Assembly: GCA_048886685.1 (NCBI GenBank)
Contig: JBHLKM010000002.1
Span: forward strand, 263,532-327,531
Length of the DNA stretch: 64,000 nt
Direction of reading: 5' to 3'
From: Candidatus Hodarchaeota archaeon
Lineage (GTDB): Archaea; Asgardarchaeota; Lokiarchaeia; Sigyniarchaeales; SOKP01
Positions 48,256-58,132 of this stretch are shown here, piece by piece; the first letter of the stretch is position 1, and each line of letters starts with the position of its first letter. The notes beneath the pieces were generated by a model that was not told where the DNA came from, did no database searches, and saw only the letters and a list, made by a program, of their open reading frames with translations. The translations under genes were made by a program, and so were the position numbers.

Positions 48256-49506
48256 ATGTCTTCTTACATTAATAATGAAATTAAGTGTAGCATTTGTAAA
48301 TATCAAAACTTAGGTGAAAATATTAAAAATGTAATTTCAATGGCAAATTATTGTTATGCTTGCAATAGATGTGTTAATGTGTGTCCACTTTCGCATTTAG
48401 ATGTATTTTTTCCGCGAACATTAGTAGGAGATTTAGTCCTCTCTTCATTCGGAGAAGTTTTAAATAATCATAATATCTGGGATTGTCTTACATGTGGTCA
48501 ATGTACAATATATTGTCCAATGAGTCAAGAGAATGTAGGAGTAAGAATACCCGAATTAATTTTGGAGTTGAGAAAGGCATCAAGAAATAATAAAATTCAA
48601 ATTAATAGAATACTTGAGAGCCAAACTCATAATGAAATCTTCCCGATAATTTCGAAAATGATGGCAAATAATCCAATAAATCCAAACAAATTAGAGTTTT
48701 TAAAGGAAAAAGGCCTAAAAACAACAGATTCAGGTGATATTGCGTATTTTGTTGGCTGCTTGCCTTTAATGGAAGAAATATTTTATAGCTTTAAAATTAA
48801 TTATAACAACATACCTATAACAATAATAAGTCTACTTAATGAAGCCAATATAGTACCAGTAGTTTTAAATGAAAAATGTTGCGGGCATGATATTTTATGG
48901 GGTGAGGGCGATATTGAAACTTTTAAAAAATTGGCCGAATATAATACTCAGCTTTACAAAGATGCTGAAGTAAAAACTGTTATAGTTGGATGTGCTGAAG
49001 GATATAGAACTTGGAAATATGATTATCCAAAAATAATAGATGGATTTGATTTCAAAGTTTTTCATTTTTCTGAATTTTTTCTAAAAGAGAAAATTCTTGA
49101 CCATTTAAAATTCCCTCGAAATCTCGAGACTAAGGTAACTTATCATGATTCTTGTCGAATGGGCCGTTTAGGCGGAAAATTATATGAAGCCCCAAGAGAA
49201 TTAATTAGACAAATTCCTGGAGTCGAATTAATTGAAATGGATAATATAAAAGATGATTCTAATTGTTGTGGCATCGCAACATTTCTAAATTGTAATGAAT
49301 ATACACGCGTTTTAAGGAAAAATCGTATCAATGAAGCAATTGATACCAGAGCAGAATATTTAATTGTCTCTTGTCCAAAATGTTTAACACATTTTAATTG
49401 TTATCTTAACGACCCTTCCTCAAATGAAGAGAAAAAAGGGTTAAGAAATAAAATAAAGGTGATCGACTTAGCAAGTTTGATTGGTAAATTGCTTCTGCTT
49501 GTTTAA
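48256..49506 (+). CDS. hdrD: HdrD-like Fe-S oxidoreductase (2x[4Fe-4S] plus two CCG domains)
   Basis: CYACNRCVNVCP, CLTCGQCTIYCP, YFVGC, EKCCG, YHDSC, NCCG, SCPKC. Confidence 0.85.
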   Translation: MSSYINNEIKCSICKYQNLGENIKNVISMANYCYACNRCVNVCPLSHLDVFFPRTLVGDLVLSSFGEVLNNHNIWDCLTCGQCTIYCPMSQENVGVRIPELILELRKASRNNKIQINRILESQTHNEIFPIISKMMANNPINPNKLEFLKEKGLKTTDSGDIAYFVGCLPLMEEIFYSFKINYNNIPITIISLLNEANIVPVVLNEKCCGHDILWGEGDIETFKKLAEYNTQLYKDAEVKTVIVGCAEGYRTWKYDYPKIIDGFDFKVFHFSEFFLKEKILDHLKFPRNLETKVTYHDSCRMGRLGGKLYEAPRELIRQIPGVELIEMDNIKDDSNCCGIATFLNCNEYTRVLRKNRINEAIDTRAEYLIVSCPKCLTHFNCYLNDPSSNEEKKGLRNKIKVIDLASLIGKLLLLV

Positions 49507-49562
49507 TTAGAGCTCAAAAATTCAAATTTATCAAATATATTTTATTTTAGGATTATTAAAAA

Positions 49563-52500
49563 ATGTTAAAATTACAGAGTAGTGTTTTAGTTATAGGGGG
49601 TGGAATTGCTGGTATACAGACATCATTAGATCTCACTAGGTTAGGATTCAAAGTTTATCTAGTTGAAATTAAACCTACTATTGGTGGGACTATGGCTCAA
49701 TTAGATAAAATATTTCCTACGCTTGATTGCAGTTTGTGTATTTTAGCTCCCAAAATGGTTGATGTATATAGAAATCCAAATATCGAGTTATTTTCTTATT
49801 CTTACATCAAAAAAATTAGAGGATCTGCTGGAAATTACACAGTAACAGTTATAAAGAAGCCAAGGTACATAAAAGAAGAGATTTGTAAAGGATGTGGAGA
49901 TTGTGTGAATGTTTGTCCAATTAAAGGAATTCCTAGCGAATTTGATACCCATTTAAAAACTCGAGAAGGTATATATATTCCTTTTCCATCATCTGTACCT
50001 CCAGTATATCTTATTGATGACAGAAATTGTTTATTTTTAAATTATCAAATATGTGGAATTTGTGCTAAAGTTTGTAAAGCTAATGCTATAGATTTTTTAC
50101 AAAAATCAGAAGAAATAACTTTGAATGTAGGAGCTATTGTTATTGCCACAGGATATAGCCAAGAAATGCCAGAAAATTATAATACTTTTGCTGGTTATTC
50201 TCCCAATGTTTTGTCTAGTATGCAATTTGAACGTATATTATCCGCAAACGGACCTACTGGTGGTCAAATCATAAAATTAGATGATAGAAAACCTCCTCAT
50301 TCAATTGCTTTTATACAATGTGTAGGTTCTCGGGATGTTCATCATCCTGCATGTAAAAAATATTGCTCTGCAATATGTTGTATGAATTCAGCTAAAGAAG
50401 CAATTGTGGTTAAGGAACATGATCTAAATATTGAATGCTATATTATTAATACAGAAATAAGAGCAAAAGGTAAGAATTTTTATGAATTTATTGAAAGATG
50501 TAAGAGTGAATATAATGTTAAATATATTAATGGTCGTGTTTCATATATCAAAGAGGATTTAGATAATGGGAAATTAAAATTATACTATGAAGATATTGAC
50601 AAAGGAACAGTTGGAACTTTTAAAGTGGATATGGCAATATTAGCTAGTGCTTTATCCCCAACTCCTTCTTACTATAAACTTTTAAGACAATTTAACGTAG
50701 GTTGTAATGATTTAGGATATATTCGTGAAAAAGATATAATCTTACTTGAAAAAAAGAATGTATTTGTAACTGGTTATTCTAGAAAACCAAATGATATTCA
50801 AATGGCAGTTGCTGAAGGTTCTGCATGTGCTGCTAAAATTAGTGAAAAATTATGTTCTGTTAGATTTCAAAATATAAAAAAAATAAGTTATCCTTCAGAA
50901 ATACCACTAACACCCGAGGATGACCCACGTGTAGGTATTTTTATTTGTCGATGTGGTACTAATATTGGGGGAATTGTTAATGTTCCTGAAGTAGTAAATT
51001 ATGTTTCTAAATTGCCTTATGTTGTTCATGTTGAAGAAAATATGTATTCATGTAGCTCTGATTCCCAAGAACGAATTAAAGAATTAATTATAAAATATAA
51101 TCTTAATAAATTTATAGTTGCTTCATGTACTCCTCGAACTCATGAACAACTTTTTAAGAATACTTTAAGAGAGGCTGGATTAAATCCATTTTTATTTGAA
51201 TTAGTCAATATAAGAAATCAAGATTCTTGGGTTCATCAAAATGAACCTGAAAAGGCAACCAAAAAAGCATGTGATTTAATTAGGATGTATTTAGGAAAGG
51301 TAATTAATTCAAAACCATTAGAAACTATTAATGTTAAAGTTGAAAAATCATCTCTAATAATCGGTGGTGGAATAACAGGAATAACTGCTGCACATAATTT
51401 AGCAAACCAAGGATTTGAAGTTTATCTCGTAGAAAAGGATTCTTTACTTGGGGGTGTTGCACTCGAATTTATAGATTTATATTATATACCTATTACGAAA
51501 AATGAAATTTTACAAAAAATTAATGATTTGAGAAATAATTCTGATGTTCATATTATATTAAACTCAGATATAGTTGATATTCAAGGTTATGTTGGTAATT
51601 ATCAGATTAAAGTTAAGAATATTCAAGATAATTCAGAAGATAAAACATTTAAAGTGGGGACAATAATAGTAGCCACGGGAACCAGGCAAATAAGGACAAA
51701 TAGATGGTTAGATTTATCAGAAAGATATCCCAAACGTGTATTAACCCAAAAAGAATTAACTGCGATTAAAGATGCAGATATTCCTAGATTTAAAGATGCT
51801 ACAATAATACTATGTGTAGATCAAAGAAGAAACGAATTTAATGAAGGAGATAATATAAAAACCTATTGTTCAAATATTTGTTGTGGCGTAGCATTAAAGA
51901 ATATCGAAAAATTATTAAATAACAACCCTAATGCTCATATTCATGTTTTATATAGAGAATTTCAATTTTCAGATTTAAATGCTGAACACTTGTGGCGAAG
52001 CCTTCGACAAAAGGTTACATATGAAAAATATCGTTCAATCGATAATATCAAAATCATTGAGGAAAACGGTAGATTTCATATAAAATACAAAAACATTGGC
52101 GCTAGAACAGATATAGAATATAATACAGATTTAATAATATTAGCAACCCCAAAAGTCCCTGCTGATGGAACTGAACAATTAGCAAAATTGTTAAAAGTTC
52201 CAACAAATAAAGATGGCTTTTTTTTAGAAGCTGATGCAAAACTTAGGCCAATTGACTTTGCAACGGAAGGAATTTTCTTATGTGGGGGAGCTCATTGGCC
52301 AAAATGGATTGGTGAAAGCATTACTCAAGCATATGGTGCAGCTGGCAGAGCAACGATATTAATGGTTAAAGGAGAAATAGAAGCTGAATGTATAACAGCC
52401 GGAATCAATGAGGAAAAGTGCATTGGATGCGGTAGATGTGCCGAAATTTGCATTTATAATGCCATCGAATTGTATGACACTATTAAACAAATGGGTTTAT

Positions 52501-52673
52501 ACACTACTAATATAAAGAAAGCACGAGTAATTAAAGCTGTTTGTAAAGGTTGTGGAGCATGTGTTGTAGAATGTCCAGTTAATGCTATTGATCAAAATCA
52601 CTTTAGCAAGATTCAAATTAATAATATGATTGATTTATTACCAGGAATAGAATTACCGCATTATATTATTTAA
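49563..52673 (+). CDS. hdrA: Large two-module HdrA, all-Cys
   Basis: GGGIAG, FPTLDCSLCILAP, QCVGSR, CSAICC, CRCGTNIG, second GGGITG, C-terminal ferredoxin motifs. Confidence 0.95.
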   Translation: MLKLQSSVLVIGGGIAGIQTSLDLTRLGFKVYLVEIKPTIGGTMAQLDKIFPTLDCSLCILAPKMVDVYRNPNIELFSYSYIKKIRGSAGNYTVTVIKKPRYIKEEICKGCGDCVNVCPIKGIPSEFDTHLKTREGIYIPFPSSVPPVYLIDDRNCLFLNYQICGICAKVCKANAIDFLQKSEEITLNVGAIVIATGYSQEMPENYNTFAGYSPNVLSSMQFERILSANGPTGGQIIKLDDRKPPHSIAFIQCVGSRDVHHPACKKYCSAICCMNSAKEAIVVKEHDLNIECYIINTEIRAKGKNFYEFIERCKSEYNVKYINGRVSYIKEDLDNGKLKLYYEDIDKGTVGTFKVDMAILASALSPTPSYYKLLRQFNVGCNDLGYIREKDIILLEKKNVFVTGYSRKPNDIQMAVAEGSACAAKISEKLCSVRFQNIKKISYPSEIPLTPEDDPRVGIFICRCGTNIGGIVNVPEVVNYVSKLPYVVHVEENMYSCSSDSQERIKELIIKYNLNKFIVASCTPRTHEQLFKNTLREAGLNPFLFELVNIRNQDSWVHQNEPEKATKKACDLIRMYLGKVINSKPLETINVKVEKSSLIIGGGITGITAAHNLANQGFEVYLVEKDSLLGGVALEFIDLYYIPITKNEILQKINDLRNNSDVHIILNSDIVDIQGYVGNYQIKVKNIQDNSEDKTFKVGTIIVATGTRQIRTNRWLDLSERYPKRVLTQKELTAIKDADIPRFKDATIILCVDQRRNEFNEGDNIKTYCSNICCGVALKNIEKLLNNNPNAHIHVLYREFQFSDLNAEHLWRSLRQKVTYEKYRSIDNIKIIEENGRFHIKYKNIGARTDIEYNTDLIILATPKVPADGTEQLAKLLKVPTNKDGFFLEADAKLRPIDFATEGIFLCGGAHWPKWIGESITQAYGAAGRATILMVKGEIEAECITAGINEEKCIGCGRCAEICIYNAIELYDTIKQMGLYTTNIKKARVIKAVCKGCGACVVECPVNAIDQNHFSKIQINNMIDLLPGIELPHYII

Positions 52674-52690
52674 ATAAAGGTGAGTACAGC

Positions 52691-53155
52691 TTGTTAAAAA
52701 CTAAAAAAAAAATAGTTAAGGAATTTGAGCCAACTATTTTAGTTTTTTGTTGTAACTGGTGTAGTTATGCTGGAGCGGATTTAGCAGGAGTGTCAAGATT
52801 TCAATACCCCCCAAACATTAGGATTGTCAGAATTATGTGTTCAAGCAGAGTTGAGCCTATATTTATTTTAAGAGCTTTTGACAATGGAATAGATGGTGTA
52901 TTAATTATTGGATGTCATAAGGGTGATTGTCATTATATACATGGATTTGAATATACTCTAATCAGAATGGAACATTTAAAGAATTTATTAAAAATAATTG
53001 GAATTGAGGAAGGTAGATTTAGGTTACACTCAATTTCAGCAAGTGAGGGGAAACAATTTTCAGAATTAATTATAGAATTTACAGATAAAATTAAAGAGTT
53101 AGGGGAATTAAAAATCCCCAAAAAATTTGGACTAATGGAATTTAAATGTAATTAA
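52691..53155 (+). CDS. mvhD: MvhD, all-Cys form
   Basis: FCCNWCSYAGADLAG, IMCSSRV, GCHKGDCHY. Confidence 0.95.
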   Translation: MLKTKKKIVKEFEPTILVFCCNWCSYAGADLAGVSRFQYPPNIRIVRIMCSSRVEPIFILRAFDNGIDGVLIIGCHKGDCHYIHGFEYTLIRMEHLKNLLKIIGIEEGRFRLHSISASEGKQFSELIIEFTDKIKELGELKIPKKFGLMEFKCN

Positions 53156-53163
53156 ATAAAAAT

Positions 53164-54291
53164 TTGAGGATATATATGACAGAATTAAACTCAAAAAAAT
53201 ATTTCGATATTAACATAAAAACTTTTAAAGACCTTGATAATGAAGTTATTAAAACTGATAAATGTTGTAGTTGTGGTGCATGTATAGCTTATTGTGAAAG
53301 TCAGAATTTTAATGTTATTGAGATGGCGGGATATATTCCGAGATTTAAATCAGAAAAAAATGCCTATAATTGTACTGAATGTGGTATCTGCTATTATATA
53401 TGTCCTCAAACATTATCATTATTAAAAGAATTAGAAGATATTCACAGAATAGAAGATAAACTTGGGCATATTATTAAAATTCTCGCAGCTAAAACATCTA
53501 ACGCTACGCTAAAGAAAGTTGGGCAAGATGGGGGTATAGTTTCAACAATATTAACCTATTTATTTGATAAACATAAAATTGATGCCGCCATTGTTTCCGA
53601 ATTTGATAAAAACCTTAAACCAATTCCAAAAATTATATTTGATAAAGAAGATCTGTTGAATTCGGCAGGTACACGTTATTCCATATCTTCTCAAATTATT
53701 CCTTTAAAGGATTTATATCATATTTCAGAAGAAATTCTTATGAAAAAAAGAATCTTTGATATCGATCAACTCCGTATGGGATTCGTAGGAACACCATGTC
53801 AATGTAGAGCAATTAGTAAAATGCAATTTTTACATGTTAAACCAGCTCATATTATAAAATATGTAATAAGTCTTTTTTGTTTTGAAAATTTTGATTATAA
53901 TAAATTATATGATATTTTAAGAAAAGAAACAAATTTAGACCCCAATAATATTAAAAAAGCATGGATAAAGAAGAATTTTTTTATTGCTACTAAGAACAAT
54001 GAGGAATTCGAAGTAAATATTAAAATCCTAAATCCTGCTGTAAGAAAACATTGCCTTGAATGTAATGAATTTACTGGTCGATTTTCAGATATTAGCATTG
54101 GATCATCTGGTGCACCAAAAGAATATTCAATGATAATAACTAGAACAGAAGAGGGGCAGAAAATCATTAAATCCATGCTTTCTTATGGATTAATTGAACA
54201 ATTTATTGCACCAGCTAGCCAAAATGGGGAATGGATAAATAAAAAACTTGAATGGTATAAAAAATTAATTTCTCTTAAGGCAAATAATTAA
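53164..54291 (+). CDS. frhB: FrhB/FdhB-family F420-binding subunit
   Basis: CCSCGACIAYC, GQDGGIVSTIL, AGTRY, GTPCQ, LFCFENF, DISIGSSG. Confidence 0.9.
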   Translation: MRIYMTELNSKKYFDINIKTFKDLDNEVIKTDKCCSCGACIAYCESQNFNVIEMAGYIPRFKSEKNAYNCTECGICYYICPQTLSLLKELEDIHRIEDKLGHIIKILAAKTSNATLKKVGQDGGIVSTILTYLFDKHKIDAAIVSEFDKNLKPIPKIIFDKEDLLNSAGTRYSISSQIIPLKDLYHISEEILMKKRIFDIDQLRMGFVGTPCQCRAISKMQFLHVKPAHIIKYVISLFCFENFDYNKLYDILRKETNLDPNNIKKAWIKKNFFIATKNNEEFEVNIKILNPAVRKHCLECNEFTGRFSDISIGSSGAPKEYSMIITRTEEGQKIIKSMLSYGLIEQFIAPASQNGEWINKKLEWYKKLISLKANN

Positions 54292-54357
54292 GATTTCCTT
54301 TGAAATTTAATATAAAGAATTTCAATAATTTAGAAAAAATTAAAGTTTTTGTTTATT

Positions 54358-54428
54358 TCTGAAAACCCACACTATGGGTTAGTTCCCCCTCAACTATAGT
54401 TTTTTTGAAAGGATCATCCTTTTTCAGA
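54358..54428 (-). promoter_or_regulatory. Candidate eukaryote-type SECIS element of the Sec-hdrA mRNA
   Basis: Minus strand: UCUGAAAA-AGG-AUGA-UCCUUUCAA-AAAAACUAUAG-UUGAGGGG-GA-ACUAA-CCCAUAGUGUGGG-UUUUCAGA. This gives an 8-bp basal helix, an AUGA/GA core, an upper helix with one bulge, an A-rich apical loop and a side hairpin. Folded by eye. Confidence 0.55.
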
Positions 54429-56465
54429 TAATATTTTATGAGGAGCTAGTGCTTCAATCTTTTTCCAAATAAGTTCAATAGATTCGATATACTGTTCCTT
54501 ATATTCAAGTTCAGTACTACAGATTCCTTTCATTTCTTCAATAATTTGTTTGTCTCTATAATATTTGAGATCAATTGCACGAGCTGGACATGAAGATACA
54601 CAAACCCCGCAACCTTTACACTTTAAATCATCTACTTCCGCAATATCTTCTCCATTGACTGTGATTGCTTTATTAACACAGAGCTTCTCACATCTATGAC
54701 AACCCATGCACAGATTTTCATCTATTTCAGCAATAATTAATTCTTGAATTATTGAATCTTTAGAAATTAATGTTGAAACCTTACTTGCAGCGGCTAACGC
54801 TGTTGATACTGAATAAGGGATATTTTTGGGTCCGGCGGCACATCCACATATATAAATGCCCATATTATTTGTCTCTTGAGGTTTTAAGCATCCATGAACT
54901 TCTGTCAAAAATCCGTTCATATCTTTACTTAAACCCAAAATCTCAATTATTTCAGCTGTGCCTTTAGAAGGGACCATGCCTGTTGATAAAACAACTAAAT
55001 CGGTATTCATTATAATGAAATCATTTGTTAAAGTTGAAGCAGCAGTAATCCTAATCTTTTTTGTTGCAGGATCTTCTCGTATATCTCCCACTTTTCCCCG
55101 AATCATCATTATGCCTGCTTCTCTCGCTTTTCTATAATATTCCTCATTTCCTTTATCCCATGCCCGTATATCTATATAAAAAATAGTAATCTCCATATTA
55201 GGATATTCTTGTTTTAACAATTGAGCATTTTTAAGAGCAACACTGCAGCATACTACTGAACAATATGGATTACCTTTTAAAGTTCTTGAACCAACACATT
55301 GAATCATAGCTACTGTTTTAGGGATCTTTCCATCAGAAATCCTATATATATGACCTCCTGTAGGTCCAACTGGACTTAACATTCGTTCTAACTCTATTTG
55401 TGTAATTACATTGGGATAAATCCCATATTTATATTCATTATTTTTCATAATTGGGTATTCATCCCATCCTGTGGCAATAATTACTGCTCCAACTTTTAAT
55501 GTAATATCTTTTGGGGTTTGTTCAAATTCAATAGCTTCAGCGGGGCAAATTCTTTGACAATTTTTACATTCTATTCATACACTCCTATCAATTAGAGCTA
55601 CTTTTGGTACTGATTGGGGAAAAGGTATGTAAATTGCTTTTCGTTCGCCAATACCTCTGTTAAATTCGTTAGGTACTTCTATTGGTCATTTCGTTGTACA
55701 TAATTCACAACCAGTACACTTGTTTTCATTAATATATCGAGGTTTTTTATGTATTTTAACATTATAATTTCCAGGTATGCCGCTGAATTTACTAATTTCG
55801 CTATAGGTAAATAATGTTATATTTGGATGTTTTGAGACACTTACCATAATAGGTGCTAGAACTCATATCGCACAATCATCAGTGGGATAAATTCGATCTA
55901 ATTTTGCCATTTTTCCACCAATAGTGGCTTCTTTTTCGACTAAATACACATTTATTCCTTGATTTGCTAAATCTAATGCAGCATTCATCCCTGCAATACC
56001 AGCGCCGATAATTAATACAGATTTTTCTACTGATACTCTTTTATTAGGTATGATTTCTAATTCTCTAGCACGATTTATCCCTGCTTGCACTAACCTTATA
56101 GCTTTTTCAGTAATTCTTTTCTTATTTCCCGAGTGAGCAAATGAGCATTGTTCGCGAAGATTAACCATTTGGAAATAATATGGGTTTAAACCCGCTTCAG
56201 CTAGCACTGCTCGATAAGTAGATTCATGAATTTTAGGTGTACAAGCTGCCACAACAACACGATTTAAGTCTAAATCTAAAATATCGTTTTTGATAATATT
56301 TTGTCCTGGATTGCTGCAAGTAAAATTGTTCACTCTAGCAACAATAATACCAGGGAGTGCCTCAACATAATCTCTAATAAGCTCGCAATCGATACTGTTA
56401 CTAATATTAACTCCTCATCTACAGATATAGAATCCAATTCTAACATTGGTCTGTTTTTCAGACAT
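54414..56465 (-). CDS. hdrA: Selenocysteine-containing HdrA, 683 aa, four in-frame UGA (codons 17, 201, 260, 297)
   Basis: Single frame from ATG 56465 (SD AAGGT) with no TAA/TAG. TGA at 56417 (ICR-U-GVNI), 55865 (DDCAI-U-VLAP), 55688 ([12 protein letters not shown]) and 55577 ([12 protein letters not shown]); each aligns to Cys in the in-window HdrA paralogues. Confidence 0.92.
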
Positions 56466-56905
56466 TTAATCTACCTTTTTCAACTATCACCTAATATTTT
56501 TCATGATAAAATTTCAAAATTCTGAGTAAAGAAAAACAAAAATTTGCTAAAAGGTAATTATAATTACTTCTGATGATATTTTCCGATTAAATAATGAGCT
56601 AAGAGAAATTTAAAAAATTTGATAAGACAAATTTTGATTATTTTGATAAATTTATTTATCAATCCTTTTATTAAAATTATGGATCTGATCCTTATCTGAT
56701 CTTTTTCGTATCAATATATTATCACTTTTCAAATGTATGATGGAATTCTTAATTATTGGTCTTAATGATCCTTGATCATAATAAGGATGAAAAGGATCAC
56801 ATTTATATATTATGACAATTATTTTTATCATAGAGATCATTTATTTTATTAAAATAGTCAAAAGAATTTTTAAAATGATTAATCTTAAATTGGTGATTTT
56901 TAATA

Positions 56906-58063
56906 ATGAAAATAAAAAACTTTCAGGATTTAATTAAAGAGGTTCATGAGCCTGGCATCTGTCAACAATGTGGGGGCTGCATAAGTTTTTGTAATTCAAT
57001 TGAAAATGAAGTAATTGGTTTTAAAGATCTAAATTCGCCTCCTGAATATTTAAATAAGGAAAAATGTCTTGAATGTGGAATTTGCTATTTAATTTGTCCA
57101 CAAACGCATACTCTAGACGAAGATCTTAATATTACATACAAATTTTCAGGCTTTTCGTCAATGCCATTAGGTTTTCTTGAAAATGTTTACTCTTGTCAGG
57201 CTGTGGATAATGATTTTCTAAAATATGGAACAGACGGTGGGGTTGTAAACTCAATAATAAATTATTTAATAGAAAAAAGAATAATTGATGGCGCAATAGT
57301 TGCAAAAACAAAATCACCATTCTCTAGAGAAGCTATAATAGCTAAAAGTAAAGAAGATTTAATCAAAGCTTCTGGTGTCAAGTTAGATATATCAGCACAA
57401 TTAGATAGCGTCCAGAAATTTCATACATATACAAATTCATTACCTAAATTAAGGAGTGTCAAATTCAAGAAATTAGCACTGGTAGGGACCCCATGTCAAA
57501 TTTATACAATTAGATGTATGCAAAATTTAGGCATCATTCCATCAGAGAATATAGAAATTTGTTTAGGATTATTTTGTTTCGAGAATTTCTTCTTTGACGA
57601 AATAAAAGTTAGGCAATTCGAAGAAGAATTTAATATTAAATTTAAAGATATTGAAAAAATAAACATTAAGGCAGATCTAATTATTAAATTAAAAGATGAA
57701 GTAGCTCGTCGCAAAATAATCCATATACCATTTGAAAGATTAACTGAATACATCCGTCCAGCTTGCACCGTGTGTAATGATTTCACGAATATTTATGCCG
57801 ATGTTTCTTTTGGGGGATTGGGTTCCCCGGATAAATTTACGACTGTAATTATTCGTACTAAAAAAGGAAAAGATATAATTAATATGGCGATAAAAGCAGA
57901 TGTAATTAAACGTTTAAAATTAAATGTAATTGACAAAAAAGAAATGAAAGAAAAAATTACACAATTCTCTCAATTAAAATTAATACGAGCAGAAAAAAAT
58001 ATGAGAGATATTTTGATAACAAGGAGATCCTCATTATCAACCTCAGCAATTAATGAAGAATAA
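56906..58063 (+). CDS. frhB: FrhB/FdhB-family F420-binding subunit
   Basis: CQQCGGCISFC, GTDGGVVNSII, GTPCQ, GLFCFENF, ADVSFGGLG. Confidence 0.9.
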   Translation: MKIKNFQDLIKEVHEPGICQQCGGCISFCNSIENEVIGFKDLNSPPEYLNKEKCLECGICYLICPQTHTLDEDLNITYKFSGFSSMPLGFLENVYSCQAVDNDFLKYGTDGGVVNSIINYLIEKRIIDGAIVAKTKSPFSREAIIAKSKEDLIKASGVKLDISAQLDSVQKFHTYTNSLPKLRSVKFKKLALVGTPCQIYTIRCMQNLGIIPSENIEICLGLFCFENFFFDEIKVRQFEEEFNIKFKDIEKINIKADLIIKLKDEVARRKIIHIPFERLTEYIRPACTVCNDFTNIYADVSFGGLGSPDKFTTVIIRTKKGKDIINMAIKADVIKRLKLNVIDKKEMKEKITQFSQLKLIRAEKNMRDILITRRSSLSTSAINEE

Positions 58064-58132
58064 TTATTAAATCCCATATTAGAATAATTAATTTATTTAT
58101 CTGAAATTGGGAAAAAAGAGGTAGACTAAATT

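Noticed and set aside
54414-56465. hdrA as a fragmented pseudogene, or genome-wide UGA reassignment
   Set aside because: All four stops are TGA at Cys sites with no frameshift, which argues against decay. TGA still terminates ordinary genes here (3717, 21084, 25271, 36160), which argues against global reassignment.
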